Source of the DNA: Phoronis australis
Lineage: Eukaryota; Animalia; Phoronida
Reading direction: 5' to 3'
Length of the DNA stretch: 64,000 bases
Assembly: GCA_002633005.1 (NCBI GenBank)
Contig: NMRA01000232.1
Location: 62,001 to 126,000, forward strand
The position numbers and the translations under genes were made by a program. Positions 49,901 through 61,900 of this stretch are shown here, piece after piece; within the stretch, counting starts at the first letter, position 1, and each line of letters starts with the position of its first letter. The notes below the pieces were generated by a model. The model saw nothing but the letters and a program-made list of their open reading frames with translations. It was not told the DNA's origin and searched no databases.

Positions 49901-52900
49901 GCGACGAAGAAAAATATGTCCGTGTAAAATTTATAACTGTTTTCGAATCATAATTTGTCGCATCTCGGACTGGATGCCGCCATCAACGAGAACCGGATAA
50001 TCTTCGGCCAGCCAGGCTGTATTTTCATGACTATATGGGTTGAAGAGCGATGCATTTTTCTTTACAAAAAGGACAGGGCCCTCAATCCCTCAATTTTGGG
50101 GCCAAATATCGGCTCTATTCCCCTCTCAAAAATATTGAAAAATCACGCGAAATTTCCGGCCACGAGGCCTAAAAATCCCCTTTGTGATTGAAAATTTCGC
50201 TCCAACGGTTCAAATCACCTGTGATCACAGAGGTGACAATTTGAAAAAGTAAAAAATCATAGACGGATTTAGGGGGGCGGGGGGCAGGGGCGCGGCCCCC
50301 CCTTGACTGCCGCAAGCAAAATAAACCAGCAAAACGTGAAGCGGGAGCCGTGAGGAGACTTGTACTGAGTTCGAGCTAGGACCGGTAGCGGACAAGAGGG
50401 GGAAACACGTTCCGTTTTATTTTTTTAGTCCAACGACAGATTTCCTGAGCAGAAAGTATACATCCTCGGCGCCCGCAACTTCCGGGCCGCCTGCGTGCAT
50501 ACTGACAATCGCGCTTTGCCCGCTTGTCCGAGGATGTCGGGCCCCGGCTCCCTCACTAGGCTTATATGGTATCCTAGATCAGCCACTGAAAATGCTACTT
50601 GAGACAGAGCTATTAGAGCTTGCAAAAGGACGGGGTGCTATTGATGGTGATCGGTAGGTCAGTAGAGTTTTCACTGACCGGTCACTCGGTGAACAAACGT
50701 TCCCTTCTCAGAGGGCCGCACACACATGAGGCACCTTTCCCATCGGATATGAACGAGGCCTCTGAAGAAACATGATAACTATGCTTGTTCCAGGGGGATC
50801 CAGGACTTTGAGTTGGGGGGGGGGNNNNNNNNNNNNNNNNNNNNNNNNNNGGGGGGGGGGGCTGGGGCATAGCCCCTTGGCTCCCCTCTAAATCCACCAC
50901 TGTGTTCTATCCAGTTAACTCAAATTGAGCTCTAAAACGAGGTTATGCTTTGGACGAAAGAATTACATAGGTGTTTTAATTTTAAAATTCAACTTGGTCG
51001 AGATTGATATTTGAAAAATATAACACATGGAATAGACGTAATTATTAAAACCAAGAAAGCTGAATTGGTGGTCATATAATTTTTATTTTCAATTGCGAGC
51101 CTAGTTTTTTATCGTAATCAAAATATATATTTAATAACATCAAGTATTATTTCAGATCAATGACAACTCAACTGTTAGTCCCGGTAGTGCCTACCTCACC
51201 AGGACCTAGGCTATGCTTGAATCTACTGTAATAGGCCTACTCTTGATCAACAAATTAAACCAGATGAGACTAATTGCACATGACAGCAAAATGCTATGAG
51301 CCACCACTGTCGAATATGTCTTCAACTCGTCAACAATAGGACCAGATGACCTGGTTCGTGTAGAAAGCATTTTTATCAAAAATTTATTGGATGAAACGTA
51401 ACCCTGCATTCAGCATGATACCTAATCCGTAACACTACGATCGCAGCAATTTGGTCATGTTTACTTTTCATGTTTCGAACCTAGTTTTCCTGAAAAAACC
51501 TATATCCTTTCGTCAGACAACTCTTTGGTGCATTGACTTGTTCTTTAACTGTATATTTCTACGTCTCTGGGGTTAATTATTGACATTTTTAAGATTTAAT
51601 ATTCAGGTTGGTCTCCAAAGACCGGCCATTTAACTCACGCAATGTAAATTTCCGCTTTGTTTATCGCAGTGGGCCTCGCTTTGGATTTTAATGTCCGCCG
51701 CGTGAATAGAGTCTATAGCAAGAACATACATGCCAATTTTCACAATAATGCTTAGAGCGGTTTGGTTGACATAGGGGTGCACGTAAAAAAAGACTCGAAA
51801 ACAGTAAAATTGGCCACTAGGTGGCGCAAACTATGTCGAATCCATCCGAAAACGGGAGGATACTGGCACTAATAGATACCTATATCCCAAATTTTATGAA
51901 AATACGTTGAGGACCTTTAAAGATACATAGGTAAACGTAAAAAACTAATATGGCCACTAAGGGGCACACCGGTAGACGGATCCGTCTGAAAGTTCACTCA
52001 TGCCGTCCCATCCAAGCAAGGAACACATGTGCAAAATTTCATGAACATACGTTAATCGGTTTTGGAGATGGAGCAGCGGACGCCGGACACCGGACGGACG
52101 CCGCCCGGACGGACGGACGGACGGACCGGGACGGACGGACACAGATGACAGCATAATGCGTCCACATATAAATATGTGGGCGCATAAAAACGGAAAATCA
52201 CATTCTGGCATATTCAGGATGCCATTTTCCATAAAAAAAGAATCCGTCGCTTTTGATTTGACAAGGATGAGAAAGAGAATTATGCGTCGAACCAGGAAGT
52301 CACTGTAATGACTCCCTGGTCGACCTGTTATGAACACCAGTATTTACAGTGTTCAAAGACCAGAAATCACGTTTCAGACATACTGCACGTTCCCTCGCTC
52401 TCTGTCCAACCCTTCCTCCTTTCCTCTCTCCCTCAATCCCCCCTCCCTCTCTCCCTCAATCCCCCATCCCTCTTTCCCTCCCTTCCCTCTCATCACGTGC
52501 ACTGTTTAAGAACGCCCCCTACCGTGAATACGCTGCCGAGCCATTTCTTGAACATTTCAGCCTCAGCGTGAAGTTCGTCTCCGGTAGCTAGTGGCAATAT
52601 CTGCTGAGCATTTACAGCTTTGAATGTTTTGTCCACGTTTTTGCCAAACTTGCAAAAGTTTAGGTAAGCACTTGATCCCAAGGCAAAGATGGCATACTTG
52701 GTCTTTGGAAGACGCTTACTGAAAAAGAGGCGCATTAAATTGATAAATTGCAATTAAAAGAAATCTAAAACACAACAGGCGTGAGTTGAATTTTAGTTGA
52801 ACTCAGGTCGAGACTAGACGTCCACGTTGCACGCGTAAGGTAGAAGACTGGACACAATTCCATACATTTCAGAATTGATGCTCCCATAACATTAACCACT

Positions 52901-55900
52901 ACGTATATGTGTTTATACCCTCATAATTCGTATATTGACGTGTTGTAAAGTGCCAGCTTATATTATCCCACAGTGGTGAACTTGTGTTCCTTTACAAATG
53001 AACCAACAGGATTAGATTTTTATATAGTGGTAATAACTTTATTACTTCAGCCGATCAATCGATAATTTAATGGGAGTACAAAATCGAATTTAACAGCCCC
53101 ATATAAAATGAATTCGTATTGGAAAAGGCGATGGGGCATAAATTCCGGAATATATGGGGCATCAAAATTCTAGAACTATGTCCACTCCGACCTACCATAC
53201 TCCAGCACTGCTAAAAAAGCTCTGCGATTTACATACCCTTCCTTGGCAAGCTCCTGAATGTCAGAGTAAAATTTGGCGCCGTTGGTGGGCGGGTCACCGT
53301 TACCAAACGTACTGGCGATGATAAGAACGAGTCCCTCCTCTGGCAAATTGGACACGTCGTAGTCGTCCATACATTTCACCTGAATGTGTGTGAAAACTTT
53401 AGAGTAGTAATTTTAGCCAATTTGTATGAGTGCGACATCAGTTTATTCATTTTAATAAAAGTAACAATAAGGGGACCATGGGGGGGAATCGCCACGTACA
53501 AAGAATGCAGTACAGTGTAGGCCTACATGTATGTTAAGGCATTGAAGTAACATCTATGGGCTCCATTCCGACCATAATATAACCATAGAAAAGCAAGAGG
53601 CCTTGTTCAGGGAGTGGCAACGATTCCTTTAACCACAATACCGGATCAGCAAACACGATATTCGCGGTACAAATCCCATGGCATACCCGCCCCCTTAAGC
53701 TCCAAACACAAGGTGACTAAACTCTAGTCCAGTTGACCAATTCGATGAAACCAAATTACCAATGGATTAAAACAGGATTGGAAAACGTTGCCTGTCTGTC
53801 GAGCGTAGCGCTCAGATTTTCCTGTCTCAGTCGCGTACAGAACAAGAACTCTTGGTTGGTTTGTCCGTAGTTTTACCGTCAAGGATGAACAGAACAAGAC
53901 GACACTAAAAATGCAAAAAAGAACCGTATTCCAGAAACACATAGTACCAGTATTGTTATTGTCACGGTAGTTCATACGATCGTATGGCATTTGATCATCC
54001 ATATTATTCATATACAAAAGAGGGCGCTGCATCAGTTAAATAGCTACAAACTGACGCTTAAACAAATTTCAACGGGCCATCTACAATAATGACTGAAAAG
54101 AATTCATAGAAAGCCTAATACCAATCACATTTATAGACTTTAGTTCACTCAGAATAATAGAACCGTTTGTAAACTCAGAAACTCTTCCCTGGAGTTTGGC
54201 GTTAATTTTACTTGGTTATCACGCTCCACGTCAAAAGAGAATAATGAGCTTGTTCAAAGTTTCATCTACACAAAATTGATTAATGTCAATCACAAAATTT
54301 ATCAACATCAAATAGTTAAAAGAAAATTGGTATGTTAACGTACGAAGCTGCACTTTTGAATGAATGGAGTTTTCGCGAACCAGTGGCCATCTTGAATTTC
54401 ATCTCCATGTGGCAGCTATTCCATACGTGTGTCAGCCAAGCGTCGCTGATGTATTCGTACGACGGACGCAGATGGTAATTCAACATCTCCTGGTGCCAGA
54501 CTTTACATAAGCTGCCACCTATCGGCGGCACCACCCATACCCAGTCGGCGGGACATCCCCTGCGCAACTTCTGCTCGTTAGTCATGTGAGCCATGAACGA
54601 ATCAGAAGCAGAATGATGATCAATAACTGTGGCACCAGCTTCCTGTAAAATATTTTGATTGACGTTTTTAACCGATCCCATAGTCGCTCCAAGGGACCTC
54701 TTCTAACTAATAAAGCCAGCCATGTTCATCAGTTCCAAAACACAATTGCTCAATTTTTAGTAACTGAAAAAGTTGCATGTGTCAAACGCCGAGGGAAAGA
54801 TTTTTTTGGTAAACGAAAAGAGCCATTGGTGCGAATTCACCCAGATCGATGTTCAATGAAAAACATTACGTTTCACACATACGAAAACACCCTTTTATAA
54901 AAGGGCGTCAGCCGAAAATTTAAGCAACACCAAGTCCATGTCACACACATGATTTACTAAATTCAACGAAATTAGAACACAAACCTTGTAACTGTATAGT
55001 ATAGCTTTGTTGACCTCCACAAAGGCTTCGTCTTTCCATAGTGAGTAGTTAGACCTAGTGTCTAAACCCATCATTTTGGCAATAGTCTGTGAATAAATGA
55101 ACGGCAGTCACAGGCCTCGCATAGTTACTGTTTCGACGGTCTCACAAGAGCAAAGCCAATTTGGCGTTATTCATTCACAAGCATTACTACAGAAACAGCT
55201 TTTCACGATGTTTTTTCAGTAACATTTCACAGAAAATGTTACTATGTAGAGTCCCATTGTCTAAATAGACCCTACGAAAGTAAAGTAAAGTTGCAGTGCC
55301 TGAATATTCTTAGGTAATTCTGGTCTTTACCCTGACTCACTGCGACCTGCGCTGATACGCCGTAAAATGTAAAGTTATGTCATTGTTACATTTTACGTTG
55401 CTACATTTTATGTAATTGTTACAATTTATGTCGAATGCACCTGCGAGAAATTTATCATTGTTACATTTTACGAAAGCGACATCATATTTCATGAGTTTGT
55501 ATGGTATTTGTCACACGGAGGAAAACCGTTGACACACTAAACGCCTTCTTTCTCGGATAGTGTGAATGAAATTCTATCAAATGAGCCAGGTCGACTTGAT
55601 AGATGTGTCCCTATGCACTTTCCATGTTTTTTAACATGAGTAGTTTTATAGTATTGTCAAAAATGTTCAGAGAACAGTTTCAACTCCACACGAAAGGAGT
55701 TTTACAGGATCAGGTACCAAGTTTTTTATTGTTAAAGCGTTCTTGCAAATCTTTTGTTGGCGCTCATAAACCAACTGTGTATCCCACATCAGTAAACACG
55801 CTTCCCTTGGTATGAAAAATAATGACATCATATTTGGTTAGTATTTATCGTATTTCTTCGGGAACGAACGACAAAAACATTTTTTTTCATGGAGAATTCA

Positions 55901-58900
55901 ATTTCGGAAGCCAATTTGATAGACAATTGACCAGTTTTAGTCCACGATAGTTTATTTCGGCCATTGTTTTAATTGCCACAATGACTTTCTAAAACCGCTC
56001 TGAGGAGGTGGCTTATTACAACTATTATTAAAATCTCTTGGTCTATTTACACCGACCTCTAGTCTATTTACACTGTCACGACGCTTTGGTCGGTCTATTC
56101 TCCGGCCATCGTCAGGTGTTCCTGCGTTCTTAGAAGAACGAGCACTGATATGTGGTACACTCATGGTGTGTGTGATTTTTTTGTCCTAGGCAGGATTTGA
56201 ACCCACGCCTTCTAAAACTACTGATAATTCGAGTCCAGCACCTTAACCACTCTCCGTAGTGTAGTAACAGTTGTTACATTTTACGGCGTATCACTGCGCT
56301 CACCGACAAAAAATCATCGACCCTCATCAACTCCAACCAAGGTCTCGTGTTTATGTTTTTCTGAAAATCTGCACAAATGCACACAGCTAAGGGTGAATGA
56401 AGCTTGAAACGCCGTGATTTACCAAGCGATGACTAAGAAAAGACAGATCCCGTTTTAGTTTGGCTCTTCTCCGGTGGCTATTCTAAGAAAATTGGGCATC
56501 AAAAAGATCGCATCACTGATTGGATTTTCAAAATAACATGGACCGGAACCAACTGTTTTTACCTCATCACGACTTCGATCCCATTCACATATTACAACAG
56601 CTCATTCATTTATGTCTAGCAGTAGTTTTTTCGAATTGTACTTTTATGGTGGGTGACAAGACTAGGTGATCCGGTAAGCTATTTACACGCTGGTAGTCCA
56701 GTGTTAGGAAAAAGGTCTTGGGTTGACGAAGAGACCGCGTTTTGGTAAGTCACAAGCGCTGTCACCCACATATGTTCTACATGCCGTGCTTAATTGTTAA
56801 TTTACATTTGACACTATCGATTAAAACAAATAACACAATGTAAAAAATGTGGAGTTTGATGAGGGTTAACTTCGTTCACTTTGCGTTTGCTAATCCTATC
56901 CCGACGTGTAACCATGCAGCTGACCGTGAAGTCTGCTACAATTTTTATCGGGAACAGGAATTTGTAAGTGCGCCAAACGCTTTTGTTTGCAGCCAATGTT
57001 AGTGGAACAAAGATGGGGGATTATAGGGGCCTTTACATGTTTCCACGACTTGAGTAGTTGGAATTATAATTAGCATGATTGGCAAGTCCGAACTATCCAG
57101 TAAGTGTAAGCATAAATTGTATTCATTCTGATAAATCTTTGACATCACAAGCACGCGGGAGTTCATTTACTAGCCATCACTAACGTGCATTGTCTTTGCA
57201 GTCACCAGACGGTGAGATTGTCTCACCTAGAACTGTCAAACAACATGTAACTCGACTACATATCTTGAATCAGCTCGAAAACAGTTCGGTGAAAAGATAA
57301 TTTGCGAGAAAGGGAAAATGAAGGAATGAAGCCTAGATATCATTAAAAGCAGAAGATAATGTCGTGCTTTGTTCGTCTGAAATGCTGCATGTGGAGACAT
57401 TTTGACAGAAAATATCAGGTGTGTGCTAGGGAGGGTCATTGGCGGATTTTCTTAAACTTATATAAATATGAACACGGATACCTGAGATCGTCAGGTCGGA
57501 TCATTTTATTTATCTTATTCTAACAAACATGAGGTTGTCTCTAAGCATTATTCTATTTTTGCCTTATCCTATTTGCTTTGAATAATTGATTTATAGACTT
57601 ACTGGCAAGATGTTGTACCGGTTCGAATCACAAAAGTTTCTAGCTATTTCCGTCTGCATGTACCAACCGTTGAAAGGAGCCGCGGGAAACTGTATTCCTC
57701 CAACGTCGAGCATCATACAGGATATGGCCGGGACAGTGTACCACTTATACCCCAACCCGGCGAACCATTTGAACCTAAAATGCAATTGAAGAACAATGAC
57801 TGGAAGAGGAAATGAGATGAAATAAAATAAACCCAAAACACCAATTTATTTATTTATTTACTATGTCCCTTATAACACGCAAAAGTGATTCAATCACCAT
57901 TAACCACAATCAAGTTTCCAGTCAAATGATTAAGGCTGCGGTGAACCTGGCAACATTTTCGCAGACACCAAGCCACGAGCCTCTTCCAAGCACACTTGCT
58001 CACGAAAACAACAATATTGTGGAATGCTAATTAATTTTAATATTTTCAGATATGCAATATTGTTCGAGTACAAAATTCTTTTTAATTTGTTAATCTGGCT
58101 TTAATATTCATGTTTGCTAAATTTGTGTGTGTTTGTGTGTTTGACATGGCCTCGATAAGCGTCTAATGTGCTTGTTTCATTACTTGTACCCCTAAATTAG
58201 GTCATGGTTATACAAACATATAAATAAAATAAAATAGTCAAATAATGTCATGCGACATCATATAGTACGCGTCAATCTGTCGTGGTTTAGGTCCCCACGT
58301 TGCATCATGCTTGCATGGCTTCAAGTCAAAGTTAATTTGGGAATACACTTGATGCTTGACAGGCTGCGCCATTCATTGTTTTAGCAAGACACGCTGCGAG
58401 AGTGAAATGCTTTTACGATGAACGTCATCCAACGGAGAGATCAGCGCATGCCCAATTAGACCGATGAAAGAATGCAATAGATAACAAATGAACTTGTATT
58501 ATTTTGATTGGTATACTCTTACTTAGGATGCTTCATTGGTACTTCGCCGATTAAGTGTTTGGGAATTTCAAACCACTTGGGGTCTTCGCCGCTAGCTTGT
58601 ATGACAAGAGGGAGTACATCGAATTGTCCCCCTTTACCCTTCCAACCCAGCGTTTCGCACACCTGAAAATTCAAATGGTGAGTATTGAGGTATTCAGCCC
58701 TGGACGATAAAAAAGTCCGGCTTGTTGAGATTGAATACTGAAACACGTCGATGTTTGATAAATACATTGTGATGTTTTCTAAACGAGCCATAGATTAGCG
58801 CTAAGGCGAAACCTGAATTCCCATGAGACATCGACTTTTTACCAGTGTTTATATTCTTGCAAACTATGAGAAAAATCGTCACAATTGAGATCAACTGACA

Positions 58901-61900
58901 CCCTTCTCGGTTTTTCAATTTCCATATCATTTTGTATGGGGGCGGGGCGTAACAGAGGAGGCTGATGAGAAAAATAATTGTCGGTTTGACCTTGTTTTGC
59001 CCGCTTTACCCCTTCCCTGTGAATCCGGCACTGGTTACGTGACATACACCGTTCACTACAATGATTCTTACGTGCTCGAATAAGATTTTTGTTTCTGTGC
59101 ATCCATTAGCTGGGGCGTTTTTCTTTTTCACAACTTATTATTCCAGGAAACGAAAAACAACAGCATGTAATCAAAAACTAAACAAAGGTAGTTATTTTTC
59201 TATACGATGCGCTAGCCAGGTTTGCACAAAACAACAAAAATTACCCACTTGATGAGTTTGGTCATTAATATGTGTTATTGAAGAATACCGAGCGTTCGAT
59301 AGTGTGACCTCATCGTCCATATCAAACGAAGGTGGATAACTTTGAACCAACCGGGGCTGAGTTGCGTACTGAAACGCAAGAATCTCTAGAAGCATGCTAG
59401 TGTGATTACGTTCTTCACTTGTAATACATAGCGAAAACTCGCGAAGTGTTGGGTATAATCTGCATTTTCGCGAGATTTTCACGTCTACGGAATGAGAGCG
59501 AGAAAATGTGATAACTGGAACTAGTTATGCATTCCATCTTTCACTGTCCAGTGATGTTTTATCATACAGACAGAGAGATCAACCAATTGTAAAACTTCAT
59601 ACACCTAGATAAGCCCACCTTGGTAAACTCCACTTCGGCCGGATCTCCCATCACACTCCCATCCGGCTGCCTGTAACCAGCATAGCGGATCAATTGGTGG
59701 TTCCATACCCGAATGTCCTTTTCCGGTGATCCCACACGTTGTTTGAAAACAGTTATGGTAGACCTAGACGTTACAGAAATAAGCCAAAACTAAACATTTT
59801 CGAAAAGCACTTTTATGAAACTTGTTTATACGGTATGCTAGAACTTACTGAGAAAAGTCGGTGTCGACCACTAGCACAGTCCCACATGTTTTCAACACAT
59901 CTTAGCCTTACATTGTTCAATATAACAAACCCAATACAACATCTTAAACACAAATAACAAAAGGAATTTTGTTTATGTGACAAAGCTACAAATTTCAGAA
60001 AAAAAGTTAGCCCAGATTTCCCATTTCACATTAGCGATACATTTTGCAGTAACACACGAGTCCCCGGTTTCGTCCACCAGCTTGAATATGTATCAAGCGT
60101 TTCCCCTATAGTGTGAGTGGATGTGAGAGCAACTGCTGCCTATCTTCTGAAGGATGATAGTTGGATCATCAAAACGTTGCTATTTTGTTATTCCCAAAAT
60201 ACTCAGCATAATCACAAAACCTCTTTTCTTTCTCAGAACCACATGTGCTCGATTTCGGGGCACATCAATGCCGATGATTTTAGTAGGCCTACTACTCCGG
60301 CTAGCCAGGTTTTCACAGTCAACCGCAGACTGTCAGAGGTCATACTGTCAATTAGCCCTCGATACAAAAAAGTCTTCACGTAATTGCAATCAATGCCTTA
60401 CTCCCATTACAAGTGCAAATTGTTGCTATATGCGATCACGCCGGCATCGGCTGAACAGCGAATTCAAGAGGCTGGGGGATAAAACTACTAGACTTCATGA
60501 ATAATCTGTACACTTTTGTACGGTCCAAACAACGCCGCAATTTTCACGGACTTCTGGCATAAATTTACTATCAAGGTATGTATTCCCATAGAGCACAATG
60601 TAAAACTCGTCGCTACTACCTAGTTATCCACTACGCTACTGCGCAGGCGCATGCTCAACTAGTATATCCAGATTTTCTAAAAATGTTAAGTTCGTAAAAC
60701 CGGAGTTTACCACACTGGTTGACGTTACAATTTTGCATGTTTTTGGTTTCGGGTTTGTGTATCAAAATTTGTGTTACATGCAGTCTTCAAATACATTCTA
60801 TGTCGGGCTAATAACCTCCATTTTGAGAGTAACACTAGACTTGCCGTATGACTGAAGTTCATAATTGCAACGTCTCCGAGTGTAAGTCTGAGGTTACGAA
60901 AATACCCGATTTTTTTCCGTATGACGCTACCAAAGCCAACATGCGAGGTGTTTCCCTACGGACATAAATGCACACATGCTGACAAAGATAGTCCCAAACT
61001 CGGCCTACTGACAACATGCGCCGACAGTGGTGCTCTCATGTGGTGAGGGTGTGGGTACGCTAACGTCAGGTTTTGAGCAAAAAATTTACGCTAGGTTGCG
61101 ATCTACTGTTCATGTAGCAAGTGCAACGTGTGGCCACAAAATTCTCAAAGTACGACAAATTTAAGTGCTACCTAGTTGAATTAAAACTGGTGAAAGAGGA
61201 AGTTTTGTGAAGAGACTACGACAAGAACTGATATCGCCAGCGAAAACACGTCAGGAAAAACTTTAGTGGGGCATTGTGGAGGCCCAGTTGTCGCAAGGGT
61301 CCAAAGTTTCACAACGGCTGGATTGTTAATATTTAAATCACCATTCACAAACCAGCTTTTCATAATTTGTTGAAATGCGGTCCCAACGCTTTCACCTAAC
61401 GTCACCTCTTCAGTATGTTTTGAGCAGTTTTTGTCAAAAACTAGTCACATCTTATCATATCCTGTAAAAAGACATTATTTTATGGTACTTCACTTCAGTC
61501 GGGTATTCGTTTTGTCTTCACGAACTCATCAGACACCGACACCTTTGGCCAATTTTTCTAATGACTAGAACTTTTAATTAAAAACTGTTCTGAACATGGA
61601 CAGCGTGTTCCACACGTCTTTTGACTCTGCATAACTTTTACGTCAGATGAAGTCAAATTAACATACCATCGTATTCAAGCTTTTGAACATATGCTGTGTT
61701 TACAACTAGCTGCGCCTTTTTAAGTTTGCCTAAACAAATCTAACATACAGTAGTTTGCACGTTACCACACAGAGACTCAGAAATTGCGTCTATCATGATT
61801 CAATTATTCGTTACCTCAGGACTGTCATTTACAATCTACAACGCATACTATGTTCTCTGCAATCATGGTGAAACTTTTCAAGGAGAATGTCTTCCACTCG

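Larger units (their letters stand above)
49721..51714 (+). mobile_element. ISL2EU-like non-autonomous DNA transposon with THAP-domain remnant
   Basis: TIR AGACCCTATTCACGC / GCGTGAATAGAGTCT, AT target duplication; [24 protein letters not shown]-like fragment at about 49846-49915. Confidence 0.72.
47071..52187 (-). mobile_element. Helentron-associated (HINE/DINE-1-like) non-autonomous element with internal about 415-bp tandem units and nested insertions
   Basis: subTIR ATGCGCCCAC at 47097 and inverted at about 49570 and 52177 with a hairpin; (GACG)n microsatellite next to each 5' end; short terminal palindrome; repeated internal units. Confidence 0.75.

Noticed and set aside
61181-61405. Peptide faintly resembling a hAT dimerisation domain ([12 protein letters not shown])
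   Set aside because: Lacks the ERxFS motif and no TIRs identified; insufficient support.
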